From Nanobdellota archaeon (GTDB lineage: Archaea > Nanobdellota > Nanobdellia > Nanobdellales > Nanobdellaceae), in assembly GCA_042850255.1 (NCBI GenBank), contig AP031373.1, forward strand, positions 300,001 to 332,000: a stretch of DNA of 32,000 bases, read 5' to 3'. A program made the position numbers and the translations under genes. Under the pieces are notes generated by a model. It had not been told where the DNA came from and ran no database searches. It saw only the letters and a program-made list of their open reading frames with translations. Shown in pieces: positions 15,927 to 22,992 of the stretch (within the stretch, counting starts at the first letter, position 1; each line of letters begins with the position of its first letter).

Positions 15927-16016
15927 TGGGCCCGGGGGGACTCGAACCCCCGACCTCCGGCTTTCTTAGGAGCGCTACCTTATAAGGCCGGCGCTCCACC
16001 TCTGAGCTACGGGCCC
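15927..16016 (-). tRNA. tRNA-Ile, anticodon UAU, with an 18-nt canonical (37/38) intron
   Basis: The reverse complement folds by hand as follows. Acceptor GGGCCCG/CGGGCCC. D arm GCTC-AGAGGTG-GAGC. Anticodon stem CCGGC/GCCGG. Loop CU-UAU-A, with the anticodon at 15982-15984. Intron AGGTAGCGCTCCTAAGAA. Variable loop AGGTC. T arm GGGGG-TTCGAGT-CCCCC. Discriminator A. No CCA is encoded. The region is the strongest GC island in the window. Confidence 0.85.
15963..15980 (-). other. tRNA intron with a bulge-helix-bulge splice motif
   Basis: The exon bases CUUA (positions 32-35) pair with the intron bases UAAG to form a 4-bp central helix. It is flanked by two 3-nt bulges, UA|A on the 5' side and AA|A on the 3' side, each with the splice site after the second bulge nucleotide. 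A short GG...CC helix closes the intron loop. Confidence 0.7.
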
Positions 16017-16082
16017 TATCCAATAAATATAAATATTTATTTTTTAAAATCTTTTTTATGATTTTCTTACAAATATACTTAT

Positions 16083-18083
16083 ATGGAAATTGAAAAAGAA
16101 AAAGAATTATTGGATTCTGAAATTTTAAAAGAGATTTTTGATGCTTCAAAAGAGGAAATAGAAAGATTCGTTAAAGAAGAAGAGAAATCTATCGTATTAG
16201 ATTATGAAAAAATAAAAATGTATTTAAATACAGAAGCAATAGACTTATTATTAAACAATCCAGAATCTTTCTTTGATCAAATTTCTTTGTATTTTACAGA
16301 AAGATTAAATAGAAAAGTAAAAGTAAGAATAAAAAATTTACCAGAAGATTTTAGATATCTAAGGATTAGGGATATAAGATCGGAACATAAAGATAAGATG
16401 GTTCAAGTTGAAGGAATAATAAAAATATCTTCAGAAGTAAGACCTTACATAGTAAAAACTAAATATATGCATGAAGAATGTGGAGGAGAATTTTGGGTAG
16501 AAAATAAAAATTTTTCAATAGAAAAACCAAAAAAATGCCCTGTATGTGGAAGTACAAAAGGAAAATTTATAGAAACTGATCACGAAACAATAGATATACA
16601 AAGATTACTAATAGAAGAACCTGCAGATCAAATTGAAAAAGGAGAACAACCTGCGCAAATAACAATAATATTAAAAGAAGATTTATGTGAACCAAAAATG
16701 GAAAGAAAAACATTACCTGGTATAAGGGTAAAAATATATGGTGTTGTAAAGGAATTAAAAAGTAATAATATAAAAGCTTTATTAGATTTATACATAGATG
16801 CCATTTATATAGAACCAATAGATAAAGATATAGAAGATATATATATTTCCCCAGAAGATGAAAATAAAATAATTGAATTATCGAAATCTGGTGATATATT
16901 AAGTTTAATTGCTCAATCTATTGCTCCAGGATTATATGGTAAACAATATGAAATAATTAAAAAAGCAATTGCATTGCAATTAGTATCTGGAGGAAAAAGA
17001 AGAAGAGGTGTTGATGAAAGAAAGAATATACATATATTATTAGTAGGAGATCCTGGAGTTGGAAAATCAAAATTATTAAGATACGTATCTGATATATCTC
17101 CAAAATCTAAATATGTAGTTGGAGTTACATCATCTTCAGTAGGTTTAACTGCTTCAGTTAGGAAAGATGAAATATTAAAGGGTGGATGGGTTTTAGAAGC
17201 TGGTGCTTTGGTTTTAACATCTGGAGGTATTGTATGTATAGATGAATTGGATAAATTGGATAAGGAAGAATTATTGTCTTTACATGAAGCTATGGAACAA
17301 CAAACTATAACAATAGATAAAGCAAATATTCATGCTACATTAAGGACTGAAACATCAATACTTGCAGCAGCAAATCCTAAATTTGGTAGATGGGATAAAA
17401 TGAAAAGTATAGTAGATCAAATAGATTTACCACCCACAATTATAAATAGGTTTGATTTAATATTTGTACTAATTGATGAACCAAATCCACAACAGGATGA
17501 AGCAATAGTTGATGAAATATTGAAAAGTATACAAGCGGAAGAAAAACCGCCTTTGGATAAGGAATTGTTAAGAAAATATATAATATATGCAAAAAGAATA
17601 GAACCAAAGTGGACATCTTCAGCATTAGATATAGTTAAAAACTTCTATATTCAATTAAGATCAAGAACAGGAGAGGAAACAATACCAATAACTGCTAGAC
17701 AATTAATGTCTATAATAAGATTAGCAGAAGCATCTGCTAAGATAAGATTATCACCAATTGTTACAGAAGATGATGTTAATTTAGCGAAAGAATTATTATT
17801 ATATAGTTTAAGAGAGGTTGGGATAAATCCGGAGACTAATAAATTGGATATTGATATAATTATGACAGGAATTTCTACTACTCAAAGGCAAAAATTGTCT
17901 AAAATATTGGATATAATAAAAGATTTACAAAAAGATTTTCCAGATGGAGTTCCATTGAATGAAATAATAAATGAAGGAAAAAAATATAATTTTGAAGAAG
18001 AAAAAATAAAAGAAGTAATTGATAAATTATTAAGGGATGGGTATATATATGAAACTGGAGCGCAAAAATATAAATCAGTATGA
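16083..18083 (+). CDS. mcm: MCM replicative helicase
   Basis: An N-terminal OB/zinc region carries 'CGGEF...CPVCGS'. Walker A is 'ILLVGDPGVGKSKLL' and Walker B is 'CIDELDKL'. The arginine-finger region 'SRFDLIF'-like sequence reads 'NRFDLIFVL'. A C-terminal winged-helix tail is present. Length is 666 aa. Confidence 0.95.
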   Translation: MEIEKEKELLDSEILKEIFDASKEEIERFVKEEEKSIVLDYEKIKMYLNTEAIDLLLNNPESFFDQISLYFTERLNRKVKVRIKNLPEDFRYLRIRDIRSEHKDKMVQVEGIIKISSEVRPYIVKTKYMHEECGGEFWVENKNFSIEKPKKCPVCGSTKGKFIETDHETIDIQRLLIEEPADQIEKGEQPAQITIILKEDLCEPKMERKTLPGIRVKIYGVVKELKSNNIKALLDLYIDAIYIEPIDKDIEDIYISPEDENKIIELSKSGDILSLIAQSIAPGLYGKQYEIIKKAIALQLVSGGKRRRGVDERKNIHILLVGDPGVGKSKLLRYVSDISPKSKYVVGVTSSSVGLTASVRKDEILKGGWVLEAGALVLTSGGIVCIDELDKLDKEELLSLHEAMEQQTITIDKANIHATLRTETSILAAANPKFGRWDKMKSIVDQIDLPPTIINRFDLIFVLIDEPNPQQDEAIVDEILKSIQAEEKPPLDKELLRKYIIYAKRIEPKWTSSALDIVKNFYIQLRSRTGEETIPITARQLMSIIRLAEASAKIRLSPIVTEDDVNLAKELLLYSLREVGINPETNKLDIDIIMTGISTTQRQKLSKILDIIKDLQKDFPDGVPLNEIINEGKKYNFEEEKIKEVIDKLLRDGYIYETGAQKYKSV

Positions 18084-18709
18084 AATATACTCCAATATTT
18101 TCTAAAGATATAGAAAAATTTGAAAATAGAAATGTATCTGTTATTGGAAAAGTTGTAGATATACAAGAAGAGAAAAAAATATTAAGAATAAAATTGATAG
18201 ATACATTTGGATATATAAATATAGTATTTTTTGAATATTTTGATATAAAATTATTTGATACTATTATAATTTTGGGAAAAGTATCCAAATATAATGATAA
18301 TTTTTCAATTATTGGTAGATATGTTGTAAAATTGGATGAAAAAGAAGAAATCTTATGGAGAAAATTTTTTATAGAAAAATATAAAAATAAAGAAAAAGTA
18401 TTTAAAAAGGAAGAATATAATAAAAAAATGAAAAAGGAAAATAATAATGATGAAAATAATGTAGAAAATGTTAATATAAAATCTGATGATAAAAATGAAG
18501 AATTAGATTATTTAGAAAATGAAGAAATAAAATTAAGGAAAGAAATACTAGAATTTATAAAAAATAATGATAAAGGAGATGGAGTATCATATGATGATAT
18601 ATTGAAATTTTTTGAATTAAATGAAGAAAAAATATCAAATATTTTAAAAGATTTATTATCTTCAGGAGAGATTTATGAATCTTCTCCAAATAAATATAAA
18701 ATTATATGA
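18080..18709 (+). CDS. Hypothetical replication-associated protein with a beta-rich OB-like N-terminal domain, a charged linker and a C-terminal winged helix resembling the MCM C-terminal wH
   Basis: The N-terminus 'NVSVIGKVVDIQEEKKILRIKLIDTFGYINIVFF...IIILGKVSKYNDNFSIIG' has an OB-fold-like strand pattern. A K/E/N-rich linker follows. The C-terminus 'DGVSYDDILKFFELNEEKISNILKDLLSSGEIYESSPNKYKII' aligns by eye with the MCM tail 'DGVPLNEIINEGKKYNFEEEKIKEVIDKLLRDGYIYETGAQKYKSV'. ATGA overlaps occur at both ends of the gene. Confidence 0.5.
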   Translation: MKYTPIFSKDIEKFENRNVSVIGKVVDIQEEKKILRIKLIDTFGYINIVFFEYFDIKLFDTIIILGKVSKYNDNFSIIGRYVVKLDEKEEILWRKFFIEKYKNKEKVFKKEEYNKKMKKENNNDENNVENVNIKSDDKNEELDYLENEEIKLRKEILEFIKNNDKGDGVSYDDILKFFELNEEKISNILKDLLSSGEIYESSPNKYKII

Positions 18710-19134
18710 TACCATCATACGAAGAAATGCTAAATGAAGCATATGAAGAATTGAATAAGATAAAAGTATCCCATGGATCTGAATTGGGTTCTATGAATAT
18801 ACCATTGCCAAAGGTAAATTATATAGGAAAATGGACATCTATAGAAAATGCAAAAAATATATGTGATATAGTTAATAGGGATATAAATATTTTGGCACAA
18901 TTCTTACAAAAAGAATTTAATGTACCTTCAAAGATAGAGGATGGAAAGATAATATTACAGAAAAAAATAGAATTTGAAAAAATAAAGGAAAAAATAGATA
19001 AATTTGTAGATACATTTGTAAGATGTCCTGTATGTAAAAAATTGGATACAAGATTAGAAAAGAGAGAAAGAATATACTATATAAAATGTTTAGCATGTGG
19101 AGCAGAGAATCCTGTAATATATGATTTAAGATGA
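18706..19134 (+). CDS. eif2b: Translation initiation factor aIF-2 beta subunit
   Basis: Length is 142 aa. The eIF2beta/eIF5-type C-terminal zinc ribbon is 'CPVCKKLDTRLEKRERIYYIKCLACGA', preceded by the 'LQKEFNVPSKIEDGKIILQ' block. Confidence 0.85.
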   Translation: MIPSYEEMLNEAYEELNKIKVSHGSELGSMNIPLPKVNYIGKWTSIENAKNICDIVNRDINILAQFLQKEFNVPSKIEDGKIILQKKIEFEKIKEKIDKFVDTFVRCPVCKKLDTRLEKRERIYYIKCLACGAENPVIYDLR

Positions 19135-19418
19135 TACTTGTAAAAAAATATAGAGATAATAATGGAAATGTAATTGTTCTATGTGATAAAGATTTATATG
19201 GAAAAAAATTTGAAGAAGGAGAATTAATATTAAATATAAATGATTTTTTTAAGGGAGAAGAAAGGGAGAATATAAATGAAGAAGAAATAGAAGATTGCTA
19301 TTTTATATATGCAGTTGGTGAAGAGTCTATAAAGATATTAAAAGAAAAAAATATAATAAATGATAATGATATAAAAAGAATAAAAGGGATACCATATGTA
19401 TTTGTATTATTTATATGA
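19131..19418 (+). CDS. Small conserved archaeal protein, DUF424-like
   Basis: Length is 95 aa. The pattern 'VIVLCDKDLYGKKFEEGELILNINDFFKGEE...IYAVGEESIKILKE...IKRIKGIPYVFV' matches what I remember of the DUF424 family (AaCDeeLlGk..eeG...l.v...FYgGe ... vG..sv ... GvPha). The call is from memory only. Confidence 0.55.
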   Translation: MILVKKYRDNNGNVIVLCDKDLYGKKFEEGELILNINDFFKGEERENINEEEIEDCYFIYAVGEESIKILKEKNIINDNDIKRIKGIPYVFVLFI

Positions 19419-19921
19419 AAAGGATTTGTCCTTCTTGTGGAAAAGAAGTAAATAAATTATATGATGGATTATGCTATGATTGTTATATAAAAATAAATAA
19501 AAAAGAAGAAAAAATAGAAAAAATATATTTATGTAAAATATGTGGGAGAATAAAATATCATAATAAATGGTATAATAATTTAAATTTAGAAAAAATAGAA
19601 TATGAATATACAATATGTCCTAAATGTAAAAGATATTATAGAAAATATAATCTAATTATACAAATAAGAAATATGGATGAAGAAATAGAGAATGATATAA
19701 TTAAAATAATTAAGAAAAATGATGATTTTGTAAAAAAGGTTGAAAATATAGATAATAAAAATTTTGATATATATTTAATAGTTGGAAAAAACAAAATTAA
19801 AAGATATATAGAAATATTAAAGAAATATGGTGAGATAAATATAAGTAAAAAATTGGTAGGATATGATAAAAATAAAGGAAAAAGAAGATATATAGTTACA
19901 ATATTAATAAGAGGACTCTAA
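19415..19921 (+). CDS. Zinc-ribbon protein resembling the NMD3 N-terminal domain (COG1499-like), unusually short
   Basis: Four CxxC pairs show NMD3-like spacing: 'CPSCGK...LCYDCY', 'CKICGRIKYHNKW' and 'CPKCKR'. At 168 aa it is about half the length of typical archaeal NMD3 homologs. Confidence 0.45.
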   Translation: MKRICPSCGKEVNKLYDGLCYDCYIKINKKEEKIEKIYLCKICGRIKYHNKWYNNLNLEKIEYEYTICPKCKRYYRKYNLIIQIRNMDEEIENDIIKIIKKNDDFVKKVENIDNKNFDIYLIVGKNKIKRYIEILKKYGEINISKKLVGYDKNKGKRRYIVTILIRGL

Positions 19922-19964
19922 TTACTTTATTCTTTTTTTATTTAACTTTTTGTTTATGAAAAAA

Positions 19965-19974
19965 TTTATAAATA
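19965..19974 (+). promoter_or_regulatory. Candidate BRE/TATA element upstream of the acidic micro-ORF
   Basis: 'gaaaaaa' (purine-rich and BRE-like, 19958-19964) is followed by 'tttataaata'. The TATA centre lies ~26 nt upstream of the ATG at 19995, consistent with a leaderless transcript. Confidence 0.35.
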
Positions 19975-19994
19975 TTTCCGTGATATATAGGGTT

Positions 19995-20114
19995 ATGGAT
20001 TGGGACTTACTAAAAAAGAGATTAGACGATGACGATTGGGATGAAGAAGAAGAGGATTGGGATGAAGAGGATATGGACTTTGAAGAAGAAGAAGACTGGG
20101 GTGAAGAATGGTAA
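19995..20114 (+). CDS. Hyper-acidic Trp-rich micro-protein (39 aa, or 52 aa if the in-frame ATG at 19956 is used)
   Basis: Hand translation gives MDWDLLKKRLDDDDWDEEEEDWDEEDMDFEEEEDWGEEW*. GC content is clearly above that of the flanking spacer. There is an internal 14-nt direct repeat, gattgggatgaaga, at 20034-20047 and 20055-20068. A promoter-like element lies upstream. The ORF is below the track's size cutoff. Confidence 0.35.
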   Translation: MDWDLLKKRLDDDDWDEEEEDWDEEDMDFEEEEDWGEEW

Positions 20115-20147
20115 ATAAGGGGTAAATATTTATGATTATTTTTTCTA

Positions 20148-20453
20148 ATGCCTTTATCTGAAGAAAAAGATATACCTGTTCCTTCTGGGAGACAGGTTAT
20201 AGGTGTAATAGAAGAAGTTGTTGGATGGGCTCATGCCAGAGTTAGATGTTTTGATGGGAAGACTAGGATATGTAGAGTACCTCAAAATAAAAAACTCCAT
20301 AAAAATATTTGGTTAAAAAAGGGAGTTTATGTTTTGGTAGAACCATGGGAATTGCAATCTGATAAAAAGGGAGATATTTTATATAGTTATTCAGATTCAG
20401 AAGTTGAGTGGTTAAAAAAGCATGGGTATTTAAAAATAGAAGAAGAATTTTAA
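20148..20453 (+). CDS. eif1a: Translation initiation factor aIF-1A
   Basis: The S1/OB block 'GRQVIGVIEEVVGWAHARVRCFDGKTRICRVPQNKKLHKNIWLKKGVYVLVEPWELQSDKKGDILYSY' matches the eIF-1A signature (V.C.DG..R...I.Gk....iW...GD.V.V.PW). Length is 101 aa. Confidence 0.9.
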   Translation: MPLSEEKDIPVPSGRQVIGVIEEVVGWAHARVRCFDGKTRICRVPQNKKLHKNIWLKKGVYVLVEPWELQSDKKGDILYSYSDSEVEWLKKHGYLKIEEEF

Positions 20454-20460
20454 ATTAGAA

Positions 20461-20533
20461 GGGCCCGTAGTCTAGCCAGGTAGGACTTCGGGCTCCAGAC
20501 CCGATGGCCGGGGTTCAAATCCCCGCGGGCCCA
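20461..20533 (+). tRNA. tRNA-Trp, anticodon CCA, no intron
   Basis: The hand fold is as follows. Acceptor GGGCCCG/CGGGCCC. D arm GTCT-AGCCAGGTA-GGAC. Anticodon stem TCGGG/CCCGA with loop CT-CCA-GA (anticodon at 20495-20497). Variable loop TGGC. T arm CGGGG-TTCAAAT-CCCCG. Discriminator A. It starts 7 nt after the aIF-1A stop codon and ends 4 nt before the convergent pilin-like gene. Confidence 0.9.
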
Positions 20534-20537
20534 AGAC

Positions 20538-20723
20538 CTAGATCATAGAGGTTATATTGCCAAATGTATTATTTAATTGATTATTAGATGTGTTTGTTAG
20601 ATTTACTTGAGAACTTACTATTGGATTATAATTATGAATAACAAATAATACTACAAATATCAATACTACTAATCCTATAATGATTAAAATTATATAACTT
20701 ATTGATAAGTCTCCTTTTTTCAT
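20538..20723 (-). CDS. Small archaeal type IV pilin-like protein (class III signal peptide)
   Basis: 'MKKGD/LSISYIILIIIGLVVLIFVVLFVI' is a short basic leader ending in KG followed by a ~22-aa hydrophobic helix. The mature tail is rich in N-x-S/T sequons (NLT, NTS, NIT). Confidence 0.6.
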   Translation of the reverse strand: MKKGDLSISYIILIIIGLVVLIFVVLFVIHNYNPIVSSQVNLTNTSNNQLNNTFGNITSMI

Positions 20724-20728
20724 TTTAT

Positions 20729-21013
20729 CTAACCTCCACTGCTTGTTGAGCCAGATCCTTGACCATTAGAACTACTTGATGATGAACTAGAAGAACTTCC
20801 AGAAGATGAGCTCGAAGATATAACTGAAGATACGTTACTTATAATACCAGATATTGTATTAGTTTGATTTGCAGCAGTATTACTTACATTATTAACGGAT
20901 CCTCCTCCCTTTAAATAAACTCCAGAAAAGAATAGTACTATAAATATTAATACTATTAATGCAATTATTATTATAATTATAGTATTTATAGCAATGGACT
21001 GTCCTTTCTTCAT
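20729..21013 (-). CDS. Archaeal type IV pilin-like protein with a poly-Ser/Gly C-terminal tail
   Basis: 'MKKGQS/IAINTIIIIIIALIVLIFIVLFF' matches the class III (prepilin peptidase) signal pattern K-G-Q-S followed by a hydrophobic helix. Sequons NVS, NQT and NVS are present. The tail reads 'SSSSSGSSSSSSSSSSNGQGSGSTSSGG'. Confidence 0.65.
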   Translation of the reverse strand: MKKGQSIAINTIIIIIIALIVLIFIVLFFSGVYLKGGGSVNNVSNTAANQTNTISGIISNVSSVISSSSSSGSSSSSSSSSSNGQGSGSTSSGG

Positions 21014-21065
21014 TAAACATTATAATATTTCATTATTTTTAAATATTATATAAAATAAAGAAGAT

Positions 21066-22967
21066 ATGTGGATAATAAAAGAAAGATTAAAAGATTATGA
21101 TATAGAATTTTCCAAACCTCCAGAGAATTTAGATTATGATATATCTATATTATTATTTAAGGAAATTAGGAAAGGTAAAAAAGTTGAAGAAATAGAAAAA
21201 GAAATAATAGATAAAATTAAAGATTTAGTTCTAGATTATAAAATAATTAATGGATATTTGAATATAAAATTGAATAAAAAAGAATTAATAAAATATTATA
21301 AAAATATATTTAAATTTGATAAGAAAAATATAAAAATATTTTTAGAACATACATCTGCAAATCCAAATAAAGCTTTGCATATTGGTCATATTAGAAATTC
21401 TATTTTAGGAGATTCTTTGTATAGATTATTAACTTTTTTAGGATACGATATAGTTGTATTAAATTATATAGACGATACTGGTGCACAAGTTGCAGATAAT
21501 ATTTTAGGTATATATTTATTAAAAATACCTGAAAATCCTGAAGATTTTAATTTAGAGAATGTTATAAAAAATATAAAAGAATTCTTAATTAAAGAGAATT
21601 TATATAAAGAGGAATATGAAGAAAAAATAAGGAATATATTTATTGAAAGAATGAATGCTTTAAAAAAATTATATGGATATGAAATACCAAAAAAATATGA
21701 TCATTATTTTGGAGATTTTATATATGTAATAGTAAATAAATTATATGATTTAATTCCAGGATTAGAAAATTATAAATATAAAATAATAAAATTAATAGAA
21801 GAAGGAAATAATGAAGTATATGAATTATCGAAAAATATATCCGATAAAATATTGTTAGAACAACTAAAAACTCTATGGAAATTTAATATATATTTTAATA
21901 CAATAATAAGAGAATCTGATATATTAAAATATAAATTATTTGACAAAGCTTTTAATATACTAAAAGAAAAAGGATTAATAAAAGAAGGAAAAGATAAAGA
22001 AAATATATATTATTCATTAGATTTAAATAAATGGCCAGACATAGCAAAAGCATATTCTAATACAGAAAAAGTATTAGTAAGATCTAATGGTACTACAACT
22101 TATATTGCGAAGGATATTGCATATGCAATGTGGAAATTAGGAATAATAAAATCTGATATAAAATTTAAACAATCAATATTACAACCAAACAATAATTATA
22201 TATTGGAAATAGATGAAAATGGTAATATTGACCTAGGAAGTTGTGATATTTCAATAAATGTAATTGGAGCAGAACAAACACATAATCAAATGATGGTAAA
22301 AAAAGTAGTAGAAGAAATAGATAATAATAAAAGATATATACATTATTCTTATGGATTGGTAATGTTACATAAAAATACCGCAAAGATATTTGGAATTGAA
22401 GAGGAAAAAGTAAAGATGTCTGGAAGAAAGGGAATTTATATTAATGTTGATGATTTATATGAAAAATTATATAATATTTCATTAGAAAAATTTAATGATA
22501 AAGAAACTGCAGAAAAAGTTGCTAAAAGTTTTATTTGTTTAGAAATGCTGAAATATGATAGAAATACTGTAATAACTTTTGATATAAATAAAATGTTAAA
22601 TATAGAAGAAGGAAATGCTATATACTTTTTATATACCTATGCTAGGATAAATTCTTTATTAGAAAAAGCTGGAGAAATAAATTATAATTTTGAAATAAGT
22701 GAATTAAACAAATATGAAGAAAAATTAATAATTAAATTATTTGAATTTAAAGATATATTATTAGATCTAGATAAAAATTTAGAATTAAATAAATTATATA
22801 AATATCTTATAGAGTTAGTTAGAGTATTTAATGAATTTTATCAAAATGTTCCTATATTAAATTATAAGGATAAATATCCTCATAGATTATTTTTAGTATA
22901 TTTGACTAAGGAAGTTTTGGATAAAATATTTTATATATTAAAAATAGAACCTGTAAAAAGAATTTAA
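21066..22967 (+). CDS. argS: Arginyl-tRNA synthetase
   Basis: 'EHTSANPNKALHIGHIRNSILGD' contains the class I HIGH motif in an ArgRS context. 'KMSGRKG' corresponds to the MSTR-type KMSKS equivalent. The C-terminal anticodon-binding helices end '...PVKRI'. Length is 633 aa. Confidence 0.9.
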   Translation: MWIIKERLKDYDIEFSKPPENLDYDISILLFKEIRKGKKVEEIEKEIIDKIKDLVLDYKIINGYLNIKLNKKELIKYYKNIFKFDKKNIKIFLEHTSANPNKALHIGHIRNSILGDSLYRLLTFLGYDIVVLNYIDDTGAQVADNILGIYLLKIPENPEDFNLENVIKNIKEFLIKENLYKEEYEEKIRNIFIERMNALKKLYGYEIPKKYDHYFGDFIYVIVNKLYDLIPGLENYKYKIIKLIEEGNNEVYELSKNISDKILLEQLKTLWKFNIYFNTIIRESDILKYKLFDKAFNILKEKGLIKEGKDKENIYYSLDLNKWPDIAKAYSNTEKVLVRSNGTTTYIAKDIAYAMWKLGIIKSDIKFKQSILQPNNNYILEIDENGNIDLGSCDISINVIGAEQTHNQMMVKKVVEEIDNNKRYIHYSYGLVMLHKNTAKIFGIEEEKVKMSGRKGIYINVDDLYEKLYNISLEKFNDKETAEKVAKSFICLEMLKYDRNTVITFDINKMLNIEEGNAIYFLYTYARINSLLEKAGEINYNFEISELNKYEEKLIIKLFEFKDILLDLDKNLELNKLYKYLIELVRVFNEFYQNVPILNYKDKYPHRLFLVYLTKEVLDKIFYILKIEPVKRI

Positions 22968-22992
22968 AAATATATTCATAATATTTTTTCTT

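Noticed and set aside
15172-16016. vapBC as an integrated element targeting the tRNA-Ile gene (a search for att-type direct repeats)
   Set aside because: I looked in 15172-15294 for a repeat of the GC-rich 3' part of the tRNA and found none. No integrase is present, so there is no evidence for site-specific integration beyond adjacency.
15922-16149. A 75-aa minus-strand ORF overlapping the GC-rich patch
   Set aside because: The GC-rich part is fully explained by the tRNA-Ile gene and the remainder overlaps the mcm start region. It is not a plausible protein.
19995-20453. The acidic micro-ORF as a detached N-terminal extension of aIF-1A (both are in the same reading frame)
   Set aside because: Two in-frame stop codons (20112-20114 and 20133-20135) separate them, and aIF-1A has a normal N-terminus starting at 20148. 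Sharing a frame has a one-in-three chance.
20735-20830. The poly-Ser coding region of the pilin-like gene as a DNA tandem repeat
   Set aside because: The serine run uses a mixture of AGT, AGC and TCN codons, so there is no nucleotide-level periodic repeat. It is a protein-level low-complexity tail.
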